In this document: positions 44,901 through 54,818 of the stretch, piece after piece
Position numbering within the stretch: the first letter of the stretch is position 1
How the letters are laid out: every line of letters starts with the position of its first letter
Assembly: GCF_964355755.1 (NCBI RefSeq)
Contig: NC_092678.1
Coordinates: 25,933,365-25,997,364 of the forward strand
Length of the DNA: 64,000 nt
From: Antedon mediterranea
Taxonomy: Eukaryota > Animalia > Echinodermata
Direction of reading: 5' to 3'
Made by a program: the position numbers and the translations under genes
The notes under the pieces: generated by a model
Told to the model about the DNA's origin: nothing
The model's database searches: none
What the model saw: the letters and a program-made list of their open reading frames with translations, nothing else

Positions 44901-47900
44901 ATTTGAATGTAAGTGAATGTTTTGCTATTACAGTACAGGTATTTGAATGTAAGTGAATGTTTTGCTATTACAGTACAGCTATTTGAATGTAAGTGAATGT
45001 TTTGCTATTACAGTACAAGTATTTGAATGTAAGTGAATGTTTTGCTATTACAGTACAGCTATTTGAATGTAAGTGAATGTTTTCCTATTACAGTACAGCT
45101 ATTTGAATGTAAGTGAATGTTTTGCTATTACAGTACAGGTATTTGAATGTAAGTGAATGTTTTGCTATTACAGTACAGGTATTTGAATGTAAGTGAATGT
45201 TTTGCTATTACAGTACAGGTATTTGAATGTAAGTGAATGTTTTGCTATTACAGTACAGGTATTTGAATGTAAGTGAATGTTTTGCTATTACAGTACAGGT
45301 ATTTGAATGTAAGTGAATGTTTTGCTATTACAGTACAGGTATTTGAATGTAAGTGAATGTTTTGCTATTACAGTACAGGTATTTGAATGTAAGTGAATGT
45401 TTTGCTATTACAGTACAGCTATTTGAATGTAAGTGAATGTTTTGCTATTACAGTACAGGTATTTGAATGTAAGTGAATGTTTTGCTATTACAGTACAGGT
45501 ATTTGAATGTAAGTGAATGTTTTGCTATTACAGTACAGGTATTTGAATGTAAGTAAATGTTTTCCTATTACAGTACAGGTATTTGAATGTAAGTGAATGT
45601 TGTGCTATTACAGTACAGCTATTTGAATGTAAGTGAATGTTTTGCTATTACAGTACAGGTATTTGAATGTAAGTAAATGTTTTCCTATTACAGTACAGGT
45701 ATTTGAATGTAAGTGAATGTTTTGCTATTACAGTACAGGTATTTGAATGTAAGTGAATGTTGTGCTATTACAGTACAGGTATTTGAATGTAAGTGAATGT
45801 TTTGCTATTACAGTACAGGTATTTGAATGTAAGTGAATGTTTTGCTATTACAGTACAGTAAATATATGAAGGTCAGATACATGATGACTTGCACCATACA
45901 CCGGACTTGTAGGACTATATCCCGGACTTGTAGCACTATATCCCGGACTTGTAGCACTATATCCTGGAATTGTAAACCCTAACCCTATTTATTTATTTAT
46001 TTACTGAAAAATTAAATCCTAAAAATAAACATGTTAGGAGATTCAATCTTGTATTCTCAATACCTATTTATCCGGATGATAAAAGAAATGATTTTGCATT
46101 TTTTGTTTTTATTTATATATTTGGTTGCGTTTACTGTACAACTCCAGAATTTTGTCTTACAGTTCAAGAAAAATATAGTGCTACAATTCCAGGATATAGT
46201 GCTACAAGTCCGGGATATAGTGTTACAAGTCCGGGATATAGTGTTACAAGTCCGGGATATAGTCCTACAAGTCCGGGATATAGTCCTACAAGTCCGGGAT
46301 ATAGTCCTACAAGCCCGAGATATAGTCTTACAAGCCCGAGATATAGTCTTACAAGCCCGAGATATAGTCCTACAAGTCCGGTGTATGGTGCAAGTCATCC
46401 TGTATCTAGCCATACAGGTACGAAATTCCTATTGTATTGGGATGCAAATTTACAATATTACTACTATAACAATATCAACTTATGAAATCATTATGAATCT
46501 ATGATAAATAATATATTAAATTAGATATCAGTCAAAATAAATAAATATATTGTATTTTTGCTTTTGTTGTTTATCATTATAAAGTGTGAAAGTCGTTTAG
46601 AGTAAACTTTGAAATTATAAAATATTCACTATGTGTGATAAACCGTAATCATCAGTGAGATTTTGTAATCATTATCACCACTACATTTAAAAAATATTCA
46701 TAATAAAATATTCACATTGTGCTAAAATAAACATTCTGTACCAGCTCAAATAATAATTATGTTTTACTGGCACAGATATGCCTATTGTAATGGACTCCGG
46801 TTCATTTTCAATTAAAGCTGGAATGGCTGGAAACACTTTCCCGTCCAGGGAACTACCAAGTGTTGTAGGTCGTCCTCGTCACCAAGGTGTCATGGTTGGC
46901 ATGGGTCAAAAAGGTGCATATGTTGGGACAGAAGCTGTTGGAGGCTCCTCACATCTATGTAAGTATAGAAAATGGTCTGAATCAACATTTTTAAATCTCA
47001 TCTTTTTGTTTGTTTGTTGAGAATTGTCAAAATCAACATTTTTAATTCTTATCTTTTTGTCTGTTGAGAATTGTCTGAATCAACATTTTTAATTTTCATC
47101 TTTTTGTCTGTGTGTTGAGAATTGTCTGAATTCAAATTATATCAATATGATTGATAATTTAAAACAAATTATATATTACAATTTCTTTTCTTTAGTTCGT
47201 AAAATAGAAAAAAAAAAAAGAAATTCAGATCAGCCAACCTTCTCTTATGTCTCTATGGGTACTTCTCCTCGTCCTTTACGTCTACCACCTCCACCTCAAC
47301 CTAAACCAAAGCTAGATACGTTTGTTGGATGGATGGATAATGATGAAGATGATGATGATGATTATGATGATATGGGTTTTGGGGATCCATGTCCACCTAA
47401 ACCAAAGCCAGGTATGTTTGGTGCAAGACATTTAAAAAAAATATTATTATAGATTTCAAGATGCTCTAATTTATTAACAAATAAAAATGTTTAAAATATA
47501 AAGATGAGTATACATATAGATATTACAAACCAAATCTCTACAGATTACTGTATTTCAAATTTGTGAATTATGTTTAATTTAAAGCAGTACCTGCCATCTG
47601 TTTTATTTAACACTGAATTTATTGTAATCAAATCTAGCATTGTATATTGTGGCAGGAGTTTTTTAGTTTTAGATAGTTTAATTTTGTAGACTTTGTGCAA
47701 GTTAAAAAGTGGCACGCTTTCAAAGTGCTTGTTGACATAAAACATATTCCTCATGTAATACAGTATTACATTTTGCAGGCCCACAGCAAATGCAACAACA
47801 GCAAATGCTTGGTAAGACAACACGACAATCAGCTGAACAGACGACTGATAGATTACCGGCAGTAGAACGTTCATTGACCTTAGGTACTTTTGATTATTAC

Positions 47901-50900
47901 TTAAAGATTATTATTAATGACAAGCTATTCTTACAAATTGCACCATGTATTTCATAAAATCTCATTAAATTCATTCCCACCACCACACCATTCATTTGGT
48001 AGTCGTCGTAAGTTAGTGTTTTCCCTCAATATACATCATTTTAAATTTTAAATCCACCACCACTATCATCACGAGGTGCATCTGTATCACCTTCTGCTTC
48101 ACTTCTGTCAAAACTTTGTCCACCACCACCTCCACCAAAGCCACCAGCATCTGTATCAATTCCTCTAGGTACAATTGTTGGATCGATGGATAATGATGTT
48201 GAAATGGGTTTTGGTGGTCCATGTCCACCTAAACCAAAACCAGGTATGTTTGGGGCAATTTTTTTTTATGTTATATCACAGGGTTCAATATTTTAAAAAA
48301 GATTTTAAGATGCTCTAGTTTAGTAACAAATAAAAATGTTTAAAATATAAAGATGAGTATACATATGGATATTACAAACCAAGTCTCTACAGATTGCTGT
48401 ATTTCAAATTTAAAGCAGTACCTGCCATCTGTTTTATTCAACAATGAATTTATTGTTATCAAATGTAGTATTGCATATTGTGGCAGGAGGTTTTAGTTTT
48501 AGTTTTGTAGACTTTTTGTGCAAGTTAAAAAGTGGCACGCCTTGAAAGTGCTTGTTGACATAAAAAACATTCCTCATTTAATACAGTATTACATTTTGCA
48601 GACTCACGATCAGTTCCGCTTATAATGCTTGGTAAGACAACACAACAATCATCTGAACAGACGACTGATAGATTACCTGCAGTAGAACGTTATAGAACGC
48701 AAAAATGTATTACCTTAAGATCTGGTGCATCTATACAAAGCCCCTCTATGGGTATGGCTCCACCTGCAGCTGCTGCTGTTGAACGGTCACCACCTTTAGT
48801 AAAATCAGGTACGTTTGTTATTTATCTATACAAAGTCTCTCTATGGGTATGGCTCCACCTGCAGCTGCTGCTGTTGTACAGTCACCACCTTTAGCAAAAT
48901 CAGGTGCGTTTGTTATTTATCTATACAAAGTCTCTCTATGGGTATGGCTCCACCTGCAGCTGCTGCTGTTGTACGGTCACCACCTTTAGCAAAATCAGGT
49001 ACGTTTGTTATTTATCTATACAAAGTCTCTCTATGGGTATGGCTCCACCTGCAGCTGCTGCTGTTGTACGGTCACCACCTTTAGCAAAATCAGGTGAGTT
49101 TGTTATTTATCTATACAAAGTCTCTCTATGGGTATGACTCCACCTGCAGGAGCTGCTGCTGTTGTACGGTCACCACGTTTAGCAAAATCAGGTGAGTTTG
49201 TTATTTATCTATACAAAGTCTCTCTATGGGTATGGCTCCACCTGCAGCTGCTGCTGTTGTACGGTCACCACTTTTAGAAAAATCAGGTGCGTTTGTTATT
49301 TTTACTTGAACACAGATTTGTCTTTGTAGCTTTGTAGTGCTGTGCACATAAATCGCTGTGACATTATTATGGTAGTTGATTGATTATTCAATCCAGTGTT
49401 TCTCTCTTCTTTTTTTTTCAGAAGACTTGTTAATGACCAATAGGGAACAAAATGTAACGAAAATGTTAACAATGAAAACTCGTGGACTTTCACCACCAAC
49501 AAACTCTAGTGCTTCAGATCCATCACTTCCTCGTCTTTCAAAACAATATCGTGTACCACCTCCACCTCCACCTAAACCAAAGCTAGATACGTTTGTTTTA
49601 ATGGATAATGATGAAGATTACGATGAAGATGATGATTACGATTATAATGCTATGGGTTTTGGTGATCCATGTCCACCTAAACCAAAGCCAGGTATGTTTG
49701 GTGCAAGACATTTTATTTATTTTTTTATATTATATCACAGGGTCCGATATTTTAAAAAAAGATTTCAAAATTCTCTAATTTATTAACAAATAAAAATGTT
49801 TAAAATATAAAGATGAGTATACATATAGATATTACAAACCAAATCTCTACAGATTACTGTATTTCAAATTTGTGAATTATGTTTAATTTAAAGCAGTACC
49901 TGCCATCTGTTTTATTTAACACTGAATTTATTGTAATCAAATCTAGCATTGTATATTGTGGCAGGAGTTTTTTAGTTTTAGATAGTTTAATTTTGTAGAC
50001 TTTGTGCAAGTTAAAAAGTGGCATGCTTTCAAAGTGCTTGTTGACATAAAACATATTCCTCATGTAATACAGTATTACATTTTGCAGGCCCACAGCAAAT
50101 GCAACAACAGCAAATGCTTGGTAAGACAACACAACAATCAGCTGAACAGACAACTGATAGATTACCGGCAGTAGAACGTTCATTGACCTTAGGTACTTTT
50201 GATTATTACTTAAAGATTATTATTAATGACAAGCTATTCTTACAAATTGCACCATGTATTTCATAAAACTCTCATTAAATTCATTCCCACCACACCATTC
50301 ATTTGGTAGTCGTCGTAAGTTAGTGTTTTCCCTCAATATACATCATTTTAAATTAGTAAACAATTATTGCTTTATATGATAGGTGACATGCGTAGGAAGC
50401 GTGAAAGACGTGAAACAGATGCATATAAAGAAGAAATATCCGACGCAATCTCCCTTCATCGATGTAAGTATTTAGAGAATTTTCAGATTAAAAAATGTTG
50501 GTATGGTTAAATTTATACTATTCTACTATTCTATGTATGTGTATGTGGGTGAATGTATGTAGAGAATGAATCCTGTTAGTCTTTTGTTAGAGTTTGATGC
50601 AAATGATTTTGAGGTAAGTATCAAACACTACTATCTGCTTTGATTGTAGCTTCGCAAGCAAAGAGAAAACAGCGTGAACATTTTCAAAAAATTATTATTA
50701 TACTCAATATACATTATTTTAAATTAGTGATCAATTATTGCTTTACATGCTAGGTGACATGCGTAGGGAACGTGATACGTGTAGGCAACTTGATACGCGT
50801 AGGGAACGTGATACAGATGCATATGAAGGTGAATGTAGATCTCGTACATTTCGACAAAAGCGCTGTATGGATATGGCTCCAACTTCAGCTGCTGCTGTTG

Positions 50901-53900
50901 TACGGTCATCACCTTTAGCAAAATCAGGTGAGTTTGTTATTTATTTATACAAAATCTCTCTTTGAGTATGGCTCCACCTTCAGCTGCTGCTGTTTTACAA
51001 TCACCACCTTTAGCAAAATCAGGTGAGTTTGTTATTTATGGGTATGGCTCCACTTGCAGCTGCTGCTGTTGTACGGTCACCACCTTTAGCTAAATCAGGT
51101 GAGTTTGTTATTTATCTAGACAAAGTCTCTCTATGGGTATGGCTCCACCTGCAGCTGCTGCTGTTGAACAGTCACGGCCTTTAGCAAAATCAGGTGAGTT
51201 TGTTATTTATTTATACAAAATCTCTCTTTGAGTATGGCTCCACCTTCAACTGCTGCTGTTTTACGATCACCACCTTTAGCAAAATCAGGTGAGTTTGTTA
51301 TTTATCTAGACAAAGTCTCTCTATGGGTATGGCTCCACCTGCAGCTGCTGCTGTTGTACGGTCACCACCTTTAGCAAAATCAGGTGAGTTTGTTATTTAT
51401 CTAGACAAAGTCTCTCTATGGGTATGGCTCCACCTGCAGCTGCTGCTGTTGTACGGTCACCACCTTTAGCAAAATCAGGTGGGTTTGTTATTTATCTATA
51501 CAAAGTCTCTCTATGGGTATGGCTCCACCTGCAGCTGCTGCTGTTGAACAGTCACCACCGTTAGCCAGATCAGGTATTTTTGTTATTTTTACTGAAGAAC
51601 ACAGATTTGTCTTTGTAGCTTTGTAGTGATGTGCAAATAAATCGCTGTGACATTATTATGGTAGTTGATTGATTATTTAATCCAGTGTTTCTTTCTTTTT
51701 TTTTTTAGAAAACTTGTTAATGACAAAAATAACATATAAGACAAGAAACAGAGAAAGGAAAAGAAATTCATCCATCCATGGTGTGTTTATGCATCTCACA
51801 TTACTTCATTTACCACATATTTTGAAGAATAGTTTTTTGTTACTGTTTACTCATTATATATTTTATGTTACACTTTTAATAAAATGATTTTTCTGGTACA
51901 GTGAAATTGAAAACAATAAAAATGTATTAAACATTAGTTTAATCATGGACCTATTCTAATTTATATGTCCATGGTTCAATAGTGAAGACTTACTAACAGA
52001 GCTTCAAAAAAAATTCTAGCAAATAAGGCAATGTTTTCAAAATTCAAAGCAGAGAATACTCAACTATGGACATTTGGTGCACCTACTTTCAATATATCAA
52101 TATCTATTCTGGTTTTCATCCAATTATTGTTTCACTGAAATATTTTGTCACATTTGTCGTTTAGAAAGTATGGAACCGAGGAAGAGTGGAGTGCGTGTAT
52201 TTGGATTGAACAGAACAGATCTATTGTCGTACTACAAAAGTAAGTCTTTTCACTGTTTCTGTAAACCTTAACTCAGTATAATAACAATTTAAATGGTTTA
52301 TAAAAAAATGAATTTGTGGATAAAAATAACAAACATAATACACTTAAATGCTGGTAGCAAATGTATGAGAGTTTAGTTTCTAACTTGACTCTAAATCAAC
52401 CAAACAATGTATGATTCTTCAGATACCATATTTTGTATATAGTAATAAACATTTTATCTTATTTTTAAAAATGTTAGAAGATGAGCCAAACCTAGCTTTT
52501 GTATTTGAATCACTAAAAGAAGCCATTAATGCACAAGACAAAGTAAGAAACAAATTAATGATTATATAATATTGTGATTATTCAATGTTGACTCACTAAA
52601 GGAAGCCATTAATGCACAAGACAAAGTAAGAAACAAATTAATGATTATATATTATTGTGATTATTCAATGTTGACTCACTAAAGGAAGCCATTAATGCAC
52701 AAGACAAAGTAAGAAACAAATTAATGATTATATAATATTGTGATTATTCATGATGTGATTGTGATTATTCATGATGTCATAATCTATGATATCCGTCATT
52801 ATTGTGTTCAGTGTGTTGTTATTATTATTTGTTTATATGTAACATATTTTTGATTTGTAATCATCATGATTACATTTATTAACCGAAGTTTATTCACATT
52901 TTTATATTAAAGGCTTCTGGTTCCTGGTCGAGATTGTCTATTAAAGAGCTGATCAAACTTGATGCTGTCATCAATGATCAGTTAAAAGAAATTTCACAAA
53001 AAGATGGTAAATATAGAATTCATTATCATTTCCCAGTTGTTCTTAAGATCCAGTGTATGAATCAATCTTATGTACAGCAGTAGTTGTATGTCTGCTAGAG
53101 TGTGTACTTCAATCCTGTTCACTCCTTTTTTCAGATTCAGTGTATGAATCAATCTTATGTACAGCAGTAGTTGTATGTCTGCTAGAGTGTGTACTTCAAT
53201 CCTGTTCACTCCTTTTTTCAGATACAGTGTATGAATCAATCTTATGTACAGCAGTAGTTGTATGTCTGCTAGAGTGTGTACTTCAAAATTGGAAACAGTT
53301 TACAATAATAATTGACAGAGAAATAACAGAAGAGTATCATAATGCAATAACCAGTCTTTGGAATGCAGAGTTCTTTCTTCAGTCAGTGGTGCAGCCCAGT
53401 GAACATTACAATGTGAAAGAACCAACCTGGATTGAATATGCTGAAAAGCACTTGCTTGAGACTCCTCAGATAGGTAAGTCATCCTCATCAACGTTAGCAA
53501 CTTTATTTGTTTGTGATTGATCTTACACTTTGTTAAATAGTAGCTTACAATAATTTAACAGTGAGTAATGGTAATTTTAAAAGGTAGTGTTAGGTTGTAG
53601 ATTGATGTTGATAAGTTCTCCTTTCAGGCTTACATGATAAAACATCTATATTCATTGATTCTGAAGGTTTGATGTGCCTGGAAGGCCGATTAACAGGAAT
53701 GTTAAAAACAGGTTATGGAATAACTGTGAGTAAATGTATCTTCTTTGTTAATGTAAATCTTTGTATCTTTTGACGTGTTTTTTCAATATCGTATTTTTTG
53801 ATGTTTTTTATAATTTTAAGAGCTTTGTCTGTGTACAATCTTTAAATTTTAAATATTATATATATTTCACAATAAATGCTGTGCAAGCAGCGCATTCATG

Positions 53901-54566
53901 TATTATAGGTGACTGTGAGTATGTAGGTTACTGAGTAATGTATTATTAAACTGATATAGTGGTTAATCCTACAGACATCCACAACTGGTTCAGATGAATT
54001 ATATTATTTCAAGAAATTAATTGTTTGTTTTAAAGCATACATTCTGGAGATTATCAGCTTGTTTTGCAGTACTCTTTGCTATTGATCGTAGATATGTTTC
54101 ACAACTTTTCAACCAAGCTGGACTCCGGTCTCTGGGTATGTGCTGTAGTATACATGTTTATTAGTACTACTGTCTCATAGTTTTGTGCTGAATTTAATGA
54201 TTCTATTATTTACTGAGAAAGGTTGGGTTCTTAACAGTCTGAGAAATAAAGTAATTGCTGTGTGTTTTTTTAATAGGAGTCAAACGTCAACAAGCAGTAT
54301 ATTCCATGTTTACCATGGCTGTTGGCATCAAGTTATTAACTAATGCTGCAAAGGATACCACCTCTTTCACCAAATCTGGAGAAATGGATGCATATTATAA
54401 TTTGAAACATCTATTGGCCGAGTTGGAAACTTCCCTAAATGATAAAGAAAGGAGTTACTTAGGACTTGCCAGAAATCTAGACATGGGCAGCAATTGGCGC
54501 AATGTAGCTTCAAAATTATGCAGATTTGAACAAGATGAAGATGGAGCCGGCTGTAATTGGTTGTAA
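29956..54566 (+). CDS. PARP4: Protein mono-ADP-ribosyltransferase PARP4 / vault PARP (BRCT, regulatory, ART, VIT, vWA, variable linker, C-terminal MVP-interacting region), more than 40 exons
   Basis: BRCT-like start [16 protein letters not shown]...ITNNGG (29956-30087). Catalytic LLFHASK...RGLLLPK...[13 protein letters not shown]...KYS...DDELVVY (about 32643-34025). VIT QAYKN...[33 protein letters not shown] (34477-34695) and [12 protein letters not shown]. v[11 protein letters not shown]...[24 protein letters not shown]...[15 protein letters not shown] (38572-38754); [16 protein letters not shown] (40687-40887). C-terminal FWRLS...GLRSLGVK (54036-54135, 54278 onward) and LDMGSNW...TAA at 54566. 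Exons in the 41-53 kb linker are less certain. Confidence 0.93.
30136..30264. mobile_element. Small Harbinger/Tourist-like MITE
   Basis: AAGCCGATTTTCAACTA ... TAGTGGAAAATCGGCTT inverted ends in a TA/TAA-rich context. Confidence 0.6.
32922..33126. mobile_element. Palindromic insertion, probably an inverted Penelope-like pseudo-LTR fragment
   Basis: Near-perfect hairpin 32951-33126 with GATCGAAACGTCGAG near the centre; flanked by the 15-bp direct repeat TATGTTTATCTTATA (32907-32921, 33126-33140). Confidence 0.6.
34666..34963. repeat. 43-bp tandem repeat of a PARP4 exon end plus donor, about 7 copies
   Basis: Unit ggggcttacttaatggatgaggaaacaccc|gtaagtaacttaa; the first copy encodes [10 protein letters not shown]. 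Confidence 0.95.
35005..35397. repeat. About 46-bp minisatellite, about 8 copies
   Basis: Unit tacattgattaagagctttgattggttgatataataagaggttacc. Confidence 0.9.
37447..37656. repeat. 52-bp tandem repeat, 4 copies
   Basis: Unit aacaatttaaatatccagattgagaacatagtgtccttggttactcagtgct. Confidence 0.9.
38118..38597. repeat. 82-bp tandem repeat of a PARP4 acceptor plus exon start, 6 copies
   Basis: ...aaaacctgtag|atactacaccaactgacggccagagc with period 82 (38161, 38243, 38325...); only the last copy continues into the coding exon. Confidence 0.93.
38825..40460. mobile_element. PIF/Harbinger-like non-autonomous element with a nested long-TIR element (about 39305-39927)
   Basis: TIR GGG(T/C)CTGTTTCTGCTGCATAA, 3-bp TSD TGA in a C-TGA-G target, repeated TAACCGGTTA subterminal motifs. 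Inside it, about 230-bp inverted arms at 39305-39530 and 39715-39927. Confidence 0.8.
41383..44432. repeat. 58-bp intronic minisatellite, about 52 copies
   Basis: Unit atactgtatgccattctataataccaaattgcctgattgtatagtctattattaaaat; period 58. Confidence 0.97.
44550..44699. mobile_element. 150-bp Tourist/Harbinger-like MITE
   Basis: TIRs AGACCCTTTCTCACAGA / TCTGTGAGAATGGGGCT; TTA on both flanks (44547-44549, 44700-44702). Confidence 0.75.
44825..45859. repeat. 40-bp minisatellite seeded at a PARP4 donor, about 26 copies
   Basis: Unit gaat|gtaagtgaatgttttgctattacagtacaggtattt, starting at the end of the 33-nt exon 44796-44828. Confidence 0.95.
45871..46411. mobile_element. TIR element with 21-bp subterminal repeats and internal (AACCCT)2; its right arm overlaps a putative PARP4 exon
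   Basis: Left end GGTCAGATACATGATGACTTGCACCATACACCGGACTTGTAGGACTATAT matches the reverse complement of the right end GGCTAGATACAGGATGACTTGCACCATACACCGGACTTGTAGGACTATAT; about 4 repeats on the left, about 10 on the right. Confidence 0.75.
46163..46417 (+). CDS. Putative PARP4 cassette exon encoding RNA polymerase II CTD-like heptads
   Basis: tttgtcttacag|...|gtacga, 255 nt, phase 1-1, no stop codon: [84 protein letters not shown]. This frame is not in the ORF track. Confidence 0.65.
46776..46958 (+). CDS. Putative PARP4 cassette exon encoding an actin N-terminal fragment
   Basis: ggcacag|AT ATG CCT...CAT CTA T|gtaagt, 183 nt, phase 1-1: [53 protein letters not shown] versus actin [51 protein letters not shown]. 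Confidence 0.8.
47280..50355 (+). repeat. Intragenic segmental duplications in the PARP4 linker (about 47280-48045 and 49550-50355 near-identical; 48100-48700 a diverged third copy)
   Basis: Shared intron sequence and repeated exons [16 protein letters not shown]...[12 protein letters not shown] and [15 protein letters not shown]...; twin spurious ORFs 47545-47874 and 49854-50183. Confidence 0.9.
48729..49300. repeat. 95-bp repeat of a PARP4 exon end plus donor, about 6 copies
   Basis: ...atgggtatggctccacctgcagctgctgctgttgtacggtcaccacctttagcaaaatcag|gt...; the first copy ends exon 48602-48808. Confidence 0.9.
50865..51585. repeat. Second array of the same 95-bp exon-end/donor repeat, about 8 copies
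   Basis: Same unit as 48729-49300; the first copy ends exon 50754-50926. Confidence 0.9.
53047..53287 (+). repeat. 87-bp in-frame triplication of a PARP4 acceptor plus exon start
   Basis: ag|at(c/t/a)cagtgtatgaatcaatcttatgtacagcag... at 53047, 53134 and 53221; ORF 53053-53520 reads through all three. Confidence 0.9.
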
Positions 54567-54587
54567 ATGTAACTAAATTGTTGAGCA

Positions 54588-54818
54588 ACATGTTATTAAT
54601 ATCTTATTGTTAATGTTGTTTTATACGATTTTTACATTTGCTGCTAGACTTGTACATTTACCAGCATGTTATTAATATCTTATTGTTAATGTTGTTTTAT
54701 ACGATTTTTACATTTGCTGCTAGACTTGTACATTTACCAGCATGTTATTAATATCTTATGGTTATTGTTGTTTTATACGATTTTTACATTTGTTGCTAGA
54801 CTTGTATATTTACCAACA
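54588..54818. repeat. About 78-bp repeat, 3 copies, in the PARP4 3' UTR
   Basis: catgttattaatatcttattgttaatgttgttttatacgatttttacatttgctgctagacttgtacatttaccag repeated. Confidence 0.88.

Noticed and set aside
45975-45990. Telomere or interstitial telomeric array (AACCCT)2, also TTAGGGTTAGGG near 57377
   Set aside because: Only two units each; the first is internal to a TIR element.
46031-46504. Track ORFs 46031-46504 (+, IVLQVRD repeats) and 46057-46413 (-, CRTISRT repeats)
   Set aside because: Alternative frames of the 21-bp repeat; only the YSPTSPG frame fits the splice phases of the flanking PARP4 exons.
46776-47020. Stand-alone actin gene or RPB1 gene
   Set aside because: Only about 50 actin-like residues and about 10 heptads are present; no further actin or RPB1 sequence is seen on either strand.
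50591-50613. 23-nt candidate exon (ttgttag|...gag|gtaagt) in the PARP4 linker
   Set aside because: Not a multiple of 3, and it gives T|AG (stop) after exon 50383-50463; not counted as coding without transcript support.
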